The translations under genes and the position numbers were made by a program. A DNA stretch of 64,000 nucleotides, from positions 1,240,001 to 1,304,000 of the forward strand of contig NC_079167.1 of assembly GCF_947568905.1 (NCBI RefSeq). The letters run 5' to 3'. How positions within the stretch are numbered: the stretch's first letter is position 1; each line of letters begins with the position of its first letter. The notes beneath the pieces are model-generated. The model did no database searches. It saw nothing but the letters and a program-made list of their open reading frames with translations, and had not been told where the DNA came from. Below are positions 43,086-55,800 of the stretch, one piece after another. Source of the DNA: Ostrea edulis (taxonomy: Eukaryota).

Positions 43086-44460
43086 AACCTATATCTTTTA
43101 TTTGTGTGAAGATATTCAAACATTAAGAACAGACATATATATATATAAATCTTTTTTTCTTTCATTTTTTCATCCAGGGTAGTTTAGAACTGTGTGCATT
43201 GGTTTTGGAAGAATTTGGACTGTTTAGGCTAAAATCCATTATGTAAGTTCATCTTTGTGGTGCACAAATTCCATATGATCATTTCAAATATTCAACATTG
43301 CTTCTATTTTCAATTTGAAATTCTACATGTATTTTGTTTGAGAGATGAAAACAATCCTCGAAACATTATCACCGTTATCTTTAATTTTCCATCATACTTG
43401 TGTCAAAGAGTTGAACTTTCTTTACCAGTAATTTTATATTGACTTCGCATTGTGTGATATATAAAGTTTTTATGATTTTATTTTCTGTCTAAGATATTCA
43501 ATATTTAAAGGAAAAAGATAATGGTAGGAGATGGTAGGATAAATTCTAATTATTCAGAGAAACTTGATAAATACTGTGTTTGAACTTATATACTCGATAA
43601 CACAATAGAAGAATGCAATTTACTAGTTAAACTTTGATAGGATACTAAATTTAGGATGAGCCAATAAGATTATGTCTTGTTTTTCATGTTACAGGATTGG
43701 ACAGAATATGAACACACACATCCAATACTTCAAAGATATTATGTTTGTGGAGGCAGAGATTTTGATTGCATCCACTGTTTAGAATACATCCTTAAGGGAA
43801 GCAGACTGCCGCCTTTACCCAATGATATAATGATTAATCATAACTATATCTGTTTTGTACCAAATAGAAAGACCATTGATTCAGGTCATTTTCAAATCCA
43901 CTGGCATACATTGTACTATACATGCAACCTTTTCAAACTTTACATTTAAGATTTTGTAAAGGAAATATCTTAATGTTTCACATGTTTACCTTTCACTGTG
44001 CTATGTAATTCATTATACCTGCCATTATTCCAGTCTTCCTGAACATAATTTGTTTTCTGCAATTTCATTGGCCAAGAGGCTTAATCCTGGGTTATCAGAT
44101 TGAGCATTTATATTTAGTATCCCATTGATTTTGTCAGCCCTATATAAGGAGCTGACTCAGATTTACTCACTCTGCTAGGTTAAAGAACTCTAAGGTTTGT
44201 ACTTTTCACATGAATTTCGTGTTCGCCTCTTATCTTTTACATAGAGTAGGAAATGAACATAACATTGAGTTAGGGAACAATTTAGATTTTACATTATAAT
44301 ATGTAAATACCTTAGCAGAGTCAATTTACTTGGTTCAGGGTAGTATCAGATATTACTTTTTCAGAGTTTAAGTGTTTAGGCTATCTCAATGTTTCTATAG
44401 TTAGCCTTGTCCTATGTTACTTTTAGATGTATGGAAGCCTTTTAGTGTTATAACACTATA

Positions 44461-45033
44461 TTTATGCTCCCATTCAAAGAAGAGGGGCATATTGGTTTGC
44501 ACCTGTTGGTCGGTCGGTAGACCACATGTTGTCCGCTTAATATCTTAAGAACCATTCACTTGATCGTAACATATTTCATATGTGGGTTGGTTATGAAAAG
44601 AAGAGGACCCCAATTGTTTTTCGGGTCGAAATGTCAAGGGTCAATCTACTCTGGACATAGGAAGACACTGCCTGCTCAATATCTTGAGAACCCTTTGCTT
44701 GACAGACATCAAACTTGGTACACTGGTACATCTCAAGGAGTAGATTTGAGGTCACATGGTCAGAAGTCAAGGGGTAAACTGGACATAGTAATATATTGTC
44801 TCTTATGTTTTAAGAATTATTTGCTTGATTGACACCAAACCTGGTACAGCATAAGGAGTAGATGACCCCTATTGATTTTTAGGTCACTTGGTCAATCCAC
44901 TCCTGACATAGGAAGATATTGTTTGCTCAATATTTCGAATTGATGATACTACTATCAATCAAATTATGCATGTGTATAACCCTTTTCAATTTTGCACCAT
45001 GGGGGCTTATATGTTTTACAAACACCTCATGTT
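44461..45033 (+). mobile_element. HINE-like element (same family as 52739-53905)
   Basis: TTTATGCTCCC...GGGGCATA, GGTC microsatellite, ~140-bp repeats, TGTTTTACAAACA end. Confidence 0.7.
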
Positions 45034-45745
45034 TTATAGTTTGTGAAAGCTTGTTAGGGTCATAACTTTAGATTTTCTTATTATGGTACTTGCCCGTCAG
45101 AGACTGGACATATTATGGTATGTTGTTGTCTGTCCGGACCTTGTAAGATGGGATACAGACTGAACCGTAAGCTCCAGAATCTTACAACTTGGTACATTTG
45201 ATCACCATAAAAGGAAGATGCTTATTGTTTTTTAAGGTCAAGGTTGTAGGTTCACTTAATAGGAAAACCTTGTTTGAGAAAATTACAGATTCTTGAACTG
45301 AGTATTTTGAGGAAACATTACATAGAAAGTACATGATTTGTCAAATTTCTCCCAATATTCAACTGAGAACCTTATTCTGCAGAGTATTTGTATGGGTATG
45401 GAAAATGTGTATGTGGTTATGATTTTGATTTTTGTTTAATTTTTTTGTTGTTGAAAATTACAGGTTTAACCGAGTCAGTTTTTGAGGAAATATACATGTA
45501 TTAAATAAATGACGGCTTGACCTTTTAACTCATCTCACAGTTTTGAAGCTAGGGTCTTTGTAAATAACTTCTTTGGTGTTTTAGAATATTTACAGATTGT
45601 TGATCATGGTCAATTTTGGGGAAATATTTTCCGCAGAGCTCTAGTTGTCTATCTACCGGCCTCCTGTCACTTTTAAGTTTAGGAGCTTTTATTCATGGAA
45701 AGAAAGTATGTGACAGCCTGATGATGGCTGATACTATTTAAAGCC

Positions 45746-46319
45746 TTTTTATACGCCCGTCTTAAGACGTTCCATATTATGGTATGGCGTTCATGTCCGT
45801 CCGTCTGTTAGCTTTTTCGTGTCCGACCCGTAACTTAAATACTACAAGGCCTAGAATCATCACACTTTGTCTGTAGATACATCTTGGGTAGAAGGTGTGT
45901 CGCACATTAAAACCAGGTCACTGTGACTTTTCATTAAGAAGATATCCGTCTGTTAGCTTTTTCGTGTCCGACCCGTAACTTAAATACTACAAGGCCTAGA
46001 ATCATCAAACTTTGTCTGTAGATACATCTTGGGTAGAAGGTGTGTTGCACATTAAAACCAGGTCACTGTGACTTTTCATTAAGAAGATATGGCCATATAT
46101 GGCAAAAACTTGTCCGGCTCATAACTTGAAAACTATTAGACCTAGAATCACCAAAATTGGTCAACTAATGCATCTTAGGTAGAAGGTGTGTCGCATCCTA
46201 CTTTAAGGTCACTGTGACTTTTAATTAAGGTGATATAAAAAAAATGTTTTAATGGGTACAATCTATACTGTTAACAATATGTGACGGGCGTATCATGTGC
46301 CGTGACGTTGCACTTTATT
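45746..46319 (+). mobile_element. HINE-like element
   Basis: TTTTTATACGCCCGTC start with matching GACGGGCGTAT sub-terminal inverted repeat, GTCC microsatellite, ~147-bp repeats. Confidence 0.7.
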
Positions 46320-46687
46320 CTAGAAATGGCATCAGAAAAACACCCTATGTAACCTTTTCTGCTTGTACTCATTTATTTTTATTGGAAAACTTATTACTTG
46401 TTATCAGCTACTCTAAAACAATATTGACTTGTGCTATAATAAATTTGTAAACTTTACAAGTCTTTTCATTTCAAACAAGGTGTTGAACAAGTTGTTGAAC
46501 ATCATCTGGGATTCACAACCAAACAGGTACAACATGGAAACAGTGTGTTCCATGATTTCTGTAGTGTAACAAGTCCAGCTGATCCCAAGTACACTGTACT
46601 ATTGACAACGATTGTTTTTGATAAGCACAATAGAAGTTCTACTTTGGGAGAAGCTATAATTATTTTAGTCCTAGCATACACTGCTTC

Positions 46688-49451
46688 CTGTTAGAGTTAG
46701 GGTGCTGTATAACTTGGTACCTCTTTGAGATAAAATGCTTTATCATCAAATCATAAAGCATCTTCCCTCTAACAGATACCAGATTATAAAGCACCCTCCC
46801 TCTAACAGGTACCAACTTATAACGCACTCTCCCTCTAACAGGTACCAGATTATAAAGTACACTACCTCTAACAGGTACCAACTTATAAAGCACCCTCCCT
46901 CTAACAGGTACCAACTTATAAAGCAGCCTCCCTCTAACAGGTACCAGATTCTATAAAGTACCCTCCCTCTAACAGGTACCAACTTACAAAGCACACTTCC
47001 TCCAACATGTACCAGATTATAAAATATCCTCCATTTATAATCTGGTACCTGTTAGAGGGAGGTTGCCTTATAATCTGGTACCTGCTAGAGGGAGAGTGCT
47101 TTATTAGTTGGTACCTGTTAGAGAGAGAGTGCTTTATAATCTGGTACCTGTTAGAGGGAGAGTGCTTTATAAGTTGGTACCTGTTACAGGGAGGTTGCCT
47201 TATAAGTTGGTACCTGTTAGAGGGAGAGTGCTTTATAATCTGGTACCTGTTAGAGGGAGAGTGCTTTATAATCTGGTACCTGTTAGATGGAGAGTGCTTT
47301 ATAAGTTGGTACCTGTTAGAGGGAGAGTGTCTTATAAGTTGGTACCTGTTAGAGGGAGAGTGCTTTATTAGTTGGTACCTGTTAGAGGAAGGTTGCCTTA
47401 TAAGTTGGTATCTGTTAGAGGAAGAGTGCTTTATTAGTTGGTACCTGTTAGAGGGAGAGTGCTTTATAATCTGGTACCTGTTAGAGGGAGGTTGCCTTAT
47501 AAGTTGGTACCTGTTAGAGGGAGAGTGCTTTATTAGTTGGTACCTGTTAGAGGGAGGGTTTCCTTATAAGTTGGTACCTGTTAGAGGGAGAGTGCTTTAT
47601 TATTTGGTACCTGTTAGAGGGAGAGTGCTTTATAATCTGGTACCTGTTAGAGGGAGAGTGCTTTATAAGTTGGTACCTGTTAGAGGGAGGTTGCTTTATT
47701 AGTTGGTACCTGTTAGAGGAAGAGTGTCTTATAAGTTGGTACCTGTTAGAGGGAGGTTGCCTTATAAGTTGGTACCTGTTAGAGGGAGAGTGTCTTATAA
47801 GTTGGTACCTGTTAGAGGGAGAGTGCTTTATAAGTTGGTACCTGTTAGAGGAAGGTTGCCTTATAAGTTGGTACCTGTTAGAGGGAGAGTGCTTTATAAT
47901 CTGGTACCTGTTAGAGGGAGAGTGCTTTATAATCTGGTACCTGTTAGAGGGAGAGTGCTTTATAAGTTGGTACCTGTTACAGGGAGGTTGCCTTATAAGT
48001 TGGTACCTGTTAGAGGGAGAGTGTCTTATAAGTTGGTACCTGTTAGAGGGAGAGTGCTTTATAATCTGGTACCTGTTAGAGGGAGAGTGCTTTATAAGTT
48101 GGTACCTGTTACAGGGAGGTTGCCTTATAAGTTGGTACCTGTTAGAGGGAGAGTGTCTTATAAGTTGGTACCTGTTAGAGGGAGAGTGCTTTATAATCTG
48201 GTACCTGTTAGAGGGAGAGTGCTTTATTAGTTGGTACCTGTTAGAGGGAGAGTGCTTTATAATCTGGTACCTGTTAGAGGGAGGTTGCCTTATAAGTTGG
48301 TACCTGTTAGAGGGAGAGTGCTTTATTAGTTGGTACCTGTTAGAGGGAGAGTGCTTTATAATCTGGTACCTGTTAGAGGGAGAGTGCTTTATAAGTTGGT
48401 ATCTGTTAGAGGGAGAGTGTCTTATAAGTTGGTACCTGTTAGAGGGAGAGTGCTTTATTAGTTGGTACCTGTTAGAGGAAGGTTGCCTTATAAGTTGGTA
48501 CCTGTTAGAGGGAGAGTGCTTTATTAGTTGGTACCTGTTAGAGGGAGAGTGCTTTATAATCTGGTACCTGTTAGAGGGAGAGTGCCTTATAAGTTGGTAC
48601 CTGTTAGAGGGAGAGTGCTTTATTAGTTGGTACCTGTTAGAGGGAGGTTGCCTTCTAAGTTGGTACCTGTTAGAGGGAGAGTGCTTTATTAGTTGGTACC
48701 TGTTAGAGGGAGAGTGCTTTATTAGTTGGTACCTGTTAGAGGGAGGTTGCCTTATAAGTTGGTACCTGTTAGAGGGAGAGTGCTTTATTAGTTGGTACCT
48801 GTTAGAGGGAGGTTGCCTTATAAGTTGGTACCTGTTAGAGGGAGAGTGCTTTATTATTTGGTACCTGTTAGAGGGAGAGTGCTTTATAATCTGGTACCTG
48901 TTAGAGGGAGAGTGCTTTATAATCTGGTACCTGTTAGAGGGAGAGTGCTTTATAAGTTGGTACCTGTTAGAGGGAGAGTGTCTTATAAGTTGGTACCTGT
49001 TAGAGGGAGAGTGCTTTATTAGTTGGTACCTGTTAGAGGGAGAGTGCTTTATAATCTGGTACCTGTTAGAGGGAGAGTGCCTTATAAGTTGGTACCTGTT
49101 AGAGGGAGAGTGCTTTATTAGTTGGTACCTGTTAGAGGGAGGTTGCCTTCTAAGTTGGTACCTGTTAGAGGGAGAGTGCTTTATTAGTTGGTACCTGTTA
49201 CAGGGAGGTTGCCTTATAAGTTGGTACCTGTTAGAGGGAGAGTGCTTTATAAGTTGGTAGCTGTTACAGGGAGAGTGTTTATTAGTTGGTACGTGTTAGA
49301 GGGAGAGTGCTTTATAATCTGGTACCTGTTAGAGGGAGAGTGTTTATTAGTTGGTACCTGTTAGAGGGAGAGTGCTTTATAATCTGGTACCAGTTAGAGA
49401 GTGCTTTATAATCTGGTACCTGTTAGAGGGAAGGTGCTTTAAGTTGGTACC
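46688..49451. repeat. 33-bp minisatellite (~80 units) with an internal inverted block at ~46750-47020
   Basis: Unit (GT/TC)TGGTACCTGTTAGAGGGAGAGTGCTTTATAA with recurring variants. The orientation switches twice. Confidence 0.95.
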
Positions 49452-49760
49452 CATAGTATGTTACAACATAGACCATAGCATATCTTGCGCATCTGACAAA
49501 TTAAACGTTATAAACTACTATCATCAGTTAACTGAAAATTAGAAAGTTCAATACATTGATAAAATAGAAGTTCTGTACAGTTTTAGTTTCAATTAAAATA
49601 ACTAGTGCGATTAAATAACACTACTGTTATTATAGACAATGAAGTACAGAAGACATCAGGAATTAATTGAAAAGTGGGGTATATAATATGTATCGGTACT
49701 GCATGTCTGAAAGTGCGCAAGATTTAAAAACAAAATCGATTGCTTTTAGATAGTCAATAT

Positions 49761-49848
49761 CATAGGCGTAGCTTGGGTTATAATATTACCGAGGCAGGGG
49801 GTCTGGGGGGCTGTGCCCCCCAGAAGCTATCGACATTTTACCAACGTA

Positions 49849-49880
<32 letters not shown>

Positions 49881-49925
49881 ACCGAGGCAGCTGCCTCGGT
49901 TGCCTCAATGGAAGCTACGCCACTG
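49761..49925. mobile_element. MITE with CA(T/G)(A/T)GGCGTAGCTT TIR and 5-bp TSD AATAT
   Basis: TSD at 49756-49760 and 49926-49930. Shares the GGGGGTCTGGGGG and GAGGCAGCTGCCTC motifs with 6210-6531. Confidence 0.8.
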
Positions 49926-51673
49926 AATATTGACATTTATGGTCATAAACTGGTGATTATACAATGTTTGTGACTTCCATCTCTTACTTCTGGGAAAGTT
50001 GGAAAAACGTCATTATATTTTGCTGCTATTTTCTTGTGTATAAAGATCTACGTGACGCAGATTCTTGTGCATAGAAAATCGTCTTACTTAATGAGGACTT
50101 GTTCTTAAACCTCGGGTTGTCTTTTACAAAAAATATCATTTTACATGTATTCATTTCATTTACGAAATGACACTACCCCGTTCTTAATGACAGTTATGAT
50201 GTTCTAATAAATATTTCACAATTTCCTACAAATTTGAAATAATCACCATTGCATTTCTGAAATCAAAGTCGCCGCCCTGAATTTTTACCGCCCATATGAT
50301 ATGTAGAGGCTAGACAATCAAGACAACTGCATTTGTCCAAATTCCGTGGTCTTTGTTTGAAGAACAGGGATATCAGTTTTCAAACAACAAATATGTAAAA
50401 GTCTTGATATCCTCTATGGAAAATAACATTTCAAGTTGATTTAAAGTGTACACATTGTTAATTGTAATTAAGCGTATTTCATATCAATGTGCTGTCACAA
50501 CATTCCGTGAAATTATGAATACTACGACGTTCTAATGGTGTATCAAGATTTTAAAATATTCTGCCCGAAATTTGTACATCAATGATTTAGAAATATCAGT
50601 CTAATACTTTGGGGAGGGTGTGATGCTAATACATCCATTATAACACACGGTACCTAATATGCATTAAAAAAATTATATGTTTATGCATAGAATTACCATT
50701 TTTCTCAATTCACTGCAACAGTGTATCATTCTTGTTAACAATGTAGATTATTAATATTTGTCAGGGTTTTTTGATACTTGCTTATGTAATATATGTCTCT
50801 TGATTTAGACGCGGGTTGTGTCGAAAATCTGAGTTTTAAATAATCAACAGTGTTGTGCTTCTCATTTTTAGAACCGAGTGATTTGAATATGATTGAAAGT
50901 ATTCATGTTTCCTACGTAATTGATAATAAATATACATGTGTTTGCCAACCACAATGGAGCTCCAACAGGACCTATTTTACCTAATATTGGTCTATCAAGA
51001 AATAAGTATAAAAGAATTGACACACGACGATTATTCGTACGAATCATTGTGAATTATAAATTGGCACGAGGGATAACTCGTACCTACATAAGATGAGATA
51101 ACTCGTGGTCGTCACCCTGTAAGCGGTACCAGATAGCCTCGACCGAATCACAGCGAAACTTGGACTCAAGAATCTTTTATTTGCAAACAAAACACGCTTT
51201 TTATCATTCCAGGAAAATCACAAAAAAAATTCATATAAAATAATTGAGAGCTTGTATCATTCTTTCGATGGTGAAATCATACTTCATAAGAAGTGTTTTA
51301 ATGAGCAATTAAATAAAATTTTAGTGTAATAAGCTACCTTAACAAATTGGAAAATCTTTATGAAATGCAGATTATAAATTGTTGGAACGGTGGCTCTTGG
51401 TGAGATTACAATAGTAGTATTACTGCTTTATCACATGAATATAAATTGTAGTTGTAATTAAAAGATTTACATAACGCCCTATCAAATCAGTTCTCTAAAG
51501 CGCTTTACAAATGTGAGAGAAAAGATAATATAAAATCGATGTGATACATATGAACAAAATATTCAGTGTCAGAATTAAAATGCATAATTTTTTTGAATTT
51601 CTCTCTTCTTCTTTTTTTTTTTTTTTTATTTTGTAAAAAAAATGTAACAGCACTGTAAGAGCTGTAATGTAAG

Positions 51674-52113
51674 CAGGGGCGGATCCAGGAGTTGAGATTG
51701 GAGGCGCAAATTTTTGAGGCAGGGGGTTTGGGGACCGCTTTGAGGCCCCCAGTGGGTCCATGGCGAAGCTCTGATGGGGGGGGGGGGGACGAAGCCCCCG
51801 GAAGCTCCTGGATTTTACAGATTTTATAGGGCTAGAAATATGTCTCATATGCAGTCATTTTTACTATTTTCTTTCATTTTTGATAAGGTGAAATTAATAA
51901 AATGACGCAAATTTTAAGGATTTTTGGAAAAGATGTAAGTTCTTCCACTAAAAGTAATTCAATAAGTCAAAAGATTTCGTCATTTATTTCTCCGAGAGTG
52001 GAAGAAATCATTGCTTCTTTTACTGTTTACATTTTCCTAAACAAGAGACCACGATTTACTTTAATTTTGAAAATTTTATGGGGGGGGGGGGGGGGGGCTT
52101 AAATCCGCCACTG
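51674..52113. mobile_element. MITE with CAG(G/T)GGCGGAT TIR and 5-bp TSD GTAAG
   Basis: TSD at 51669-51673 and 52114-52118. Confidence 0.85.
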
Positions 52114-52738
52114 GTAAGAGCACTAAGTATGTAAATTAAAAAAAAATACAAAATGGTCCGAGGTCCGCTTTAAAACTAGACTGTGAAGTACATGTACGTT
52201 GTCTGAGTTTAAATGGCAGAGAGTTCTGGAAGAGACTCGATGCGGCCTTATCCAAACGTCGACCCCAATATGTTTTCGTACGTGTTCGAGGTACCTGGGG
52301 AAGATACAGAGATTCGGATCTTAGTGATCGTGTGGGATTGTAAACTGTAAGGATACCCGTTATGTAAACTGGAGATAGGTTGTTGAGAGATTTGAAAGTA
52401 TGAAGAAGTATCTTATTTTGAATTCTGTATTCAACTGGGAGCCAGTGAAGATCTATTAGAACAGGAGTAATATGGTCGGATTTTTTTTTAGCGTGTTATT
52501 AATCTTGCAGCTGTGTTTTGTGCCCTCTGAAGTTTGCTGGTGTGTTGAGAATGAACACCATAAAGCAATGCTTTTCCGTAATATAATCTGGATGTAACTA
52601 ACGAGTTTTTCATGCTTCATCATTGATAAATGGACGGATACAGCCAATTCTGCGAATGTTCACATATGCTGATCGGGAAATAGAGAGACAGTGTTTTTCC
52701 ATGGTAAGGGATTTGTCAAAGAATACGCTTAATTTTAT

Positions 52739-53905
52739 TTTTATGCCCCCCTTTGAAAAAGAGGGGGCATATTGTTTTGCAACTGTCGGTCGGTCGGTCT
52801 GTCGGTCTGTAGACCATGTTGTCCGCTCAATATCTTGAGAACCATTCACTTGATGATAATGATATTTCATATGTGGATTAGTTATGAGTAGAAGAGAATC
52901 CCTGTTGTTTTTCAGGTCAAAATGTCAAAGGTCAAGGGTCAATCTACTCTGGACATAGGAATATAATGTCCGCTCAATATCTTGAGAACCCTTTGCTTGA
53001 AAGACATCAAACTTGGCACACTGGTACATCCTAAGAAGTAGATGACCTCTATTGATTTTGAGGTCATATGGTCAAAGGTCAAACTGGGTATAGGAATATA
53101 CTGACCCTTCAATGTCTAGAGAACCCTTTGCTTGACAGACATTAAACATGGTACGCCAGTACATCTTCAGAGGAAGATGACCCCTACTGATTTTGAGGTA
53201 ACATGGTCAAAGGTCAAGGGTCAAACTTGACATAGGAATATACTGTCCGTTCAATATCTCGAGAACCCATTGCTTGGCAGACATCAAACTTGATACACTG
53301 GTACATCTTCAAGAGAAGATGACCCCTATTGATTTTGATGTCACATGGTCAAGCTGGACATTGGAATATACTGTCTGCTCCATATCTTGAGAACCCTTTG
53401 CTTGACAGACATTAAACTTGGTACACTGGTACATCTTCAGGAGAAGATGACACTTATTGATTTTGAGGTCGAGTGGTCAAAGGTGAAGGGTTAAACTGTA
53501 CATAGGAATATACTGTCCGCTCAATATCTTGAGAACCCTTCGCTTGACAGACATCAAACTTGGTACACTGATACATCTTCAGGAGAAGATGACTACTAAT
53601 TATTTTAAGGTCACATGGTCAAAAGTCAAGGGTCAAATTGGACATAGGAATATACTGTCCGTTCAATATCTTAAGAACCATTTGCTTGACAGACATCAAA
53701 CTTGGTACACTGGTACATCTTCAGGAGTTGATGACCCCTATTGATTTTTAGGTCACATGGTCAATCCACTCTTGACATAGGAAGATATTGTCTGCTCAAT
53801 ATTTTGAATTGATGATACTACTCTCAATTAAATGATGTGTGTGTGTATAACCCTTTTCAATTTTGCACCATGGGGGGCATATGTGTTTTACAAACATCTC
53901 TTGTT
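52739..53905 (+). mobile_element. HINE-like element with ~6 tandem ~140-bp monomers, inserted in the L2 LINE
   Basis: TTTTATGCCCCC...GGGGGCATA, (GGTC)n, repeats of CTTGAGAACCCTTTGCTTGACAGACATCAAACTTGG. Confidence 0.8.
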
Positions 53906-54742
53906 TATTTTTTTTAAATTTTTTTTTTTGACGAAAGATGAATCACTTACAACACAGTCACCAAATTCAAGATCAAAACTGCTCATATCTTTAAGTCTGT
54001 GTTTTGGTGCGAAGACTAGAAGTTCAGTTTTATCTTCATGAGTTTGGGGAGGTTGATACTCATCCACATACGTATGTCCGATAAACAACTTGAGAGTCTT
54101 TGAGACATATCAGTCCAATTGTCACTAGGTTCAACGATGATATAGATCTTGGTGTCATCGGCGTATATATGATACGTCATATCATGACGTCTGCATACTT
54201 CCACTTAGGGTTTTGAGGGGAAAACAGTAAAGTCTCGGACCCAGGACTGAGCCTTGCGGTACACCACATTCGAGGAGACAAGCATCAGACAAAGATGAAC
54301 CGACGGCAACACGTTGATATCTATCACTAAGATAGGATTTAATCCATTTCAATGCATATCCAGTGATACCAAACGTTGCAATAGAATATTGTGGTCTATG
54401 ACATCGAAAGTCGCAGAGAGGTCGAGCAATACAAGGATAGCACAACTGTTATTGTCAAGTGCACATCCGATGTCATGATGTATTAGTGCAGTTTCTGTAG
54501 AGTGTGCCGTTCTGTACGCGGACTGAAAATTGTCATGCACGTGATGCATCTCTCCAGATGAGCTTCGATTCGTTTTACAATAAAGCCTTTTCAAGAATCT
54601 TCGAAACGAACGAGAGATTTGACACAGGGTGATAGTTTTTATAAATTTCTTTGTCAAGCCCTGACTTTTTCAGTAATGGTCGAACGATTGCCTGCTTAAA
54701 GTCACAAGGAACAATGGATTCCAACAGCGACTTGTTTATGAT

Positions 54743-55800
54743 TAAAGTTTGGCCACGGTGGAGTAGTTATGAAATAAACTAGGCTGAAGCTAGCAGCCAC
54801 TAACCAGCAGCCAATAAGGCCACAGAAGCTAGCAGCCAATAAGAAAGTTCATCAAAGTACTGCGAGTAATCAGACAGAATACTAAAAAGTAACACATGAT
54901 AAATCAAAATTGATACTTTTTTCAAAAAATATTTAATTACGGAGTTTCATGCTTGAAGGCATAATAACAAATTAATCTTTGAAGGGTCCACTAAAGGAGT
55001 ATGCAGGTAAGGAAGTATAGCTGCAGAACTGTAGTTCTCTGAAAAAATATTTTGACAGTGTTATGTCAAAATATTTTTTCAGAGAGCTACAGTTCTGCAG
55101 CTAGCAAGAAAGTGGACCCCTAGGGCTATCGTTTTTGGATCTCAGTTTGGGGCTGTAGGGGTACCACCTGGGGCCACTGAACGGTGAGACCACTTTTCAG
55201 ACCGCTCTAATAAATAACTCTAGGAAGTTGGAATAGAACAATGAAGTAAAACATATCGAACCTTTGAAAGGGGTCACATAGGCCTTTAAGGGCAATTGAG
55301 CTCACCTGAAAGTTCCTAATTTTACATAATGTAGTGTCACAATGAAGGCTAATAACAACATAATCTTTGAAGAGTATATAGACAAGGAAGGGGACCCATG
55401 AGGCTACCATTTTCCGCCCTCAGTTTGGGGCTGTAGGGCTACCACCTGGGGCCTCCCAAGGGTGGGGCTACTTTTCAGACCTCTCTAATAATTGACTAAA
55501 TGGTGTTGGAATAAAACAAAACTGATAAACGACTAAAGAACAATCATGCCAAATATACAGAACCCTATAAGGGGTCAAATAGGCCTTTAAGGGCAATTGA
55601 GCTCGCCTGAAAGTTCATGCTTTTACATCATGTAGGGTCATAATGGAGGCTAATAACAACTTAATCTTCCACTAAAATATTATGCAGGTAAGAAAGGGGA
55701 CCCCTAGAGCTACATGATGTATCAGTTTCCACCCTCAGTTTGGGGCTGTAGGGGTACTAAATGGGACCTTACGAAGGTGGATCCGCTTTTCAGGCCTCTC
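54743..55800. repeat. Unclassified repeat with ~2.5 degenerate ~290-bp tandem units
   Basis: Recurrent CTCAGTTTGGGGCTGTAGGG...CTTTTCAG.CC.CTCTAAT at ~55141, ~55420 and ~55735. Confidence 0.5.

Larger units (their letters stand above)
36326..51144 (+). mobile_element. 14.8-kb Mutator-like element with ~57-bp imperfect TIRs and perfect 9-bp TSD GAATCACAG
   Basis: Left GGTTAACGCTATTTGGTACCGCTTGCAGGGCGGCGACCACGAGTTA; right (reverse complement) GGTCGAGGCTATCTGGTACCGCTTACAGGGTGACGACCACGAGTTA. TSD at 36317-36325 and 51145-51153. Confidence 0.85.
51475..54742 (-). mobile_element. L2-group LINE fragment (RT to 3' end), decayed and interrupted by a MITE and a HINE
   Basis: [87 protein letters not shown]. 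3' end TGTAAAGCGCTTTAGAG. Confidence 0.8.

Noticed and set aside
47007-49022. Long ORFs of WYLLEGECFI(I/S) or LVPVRGRVLYK repeats
   Set aside because: A 33-bp unit without a stop in one frame gives open frames by default. A frameshift near 47560 and stops in the other frame argue against coding selection.
34504-49451. CRISPR-like appearance of the 58-bp and 33-bp arrays
   Set aside because: Units are head-to-tail with no unique spacers, there are no cas genes, and the context is eukaryotic.
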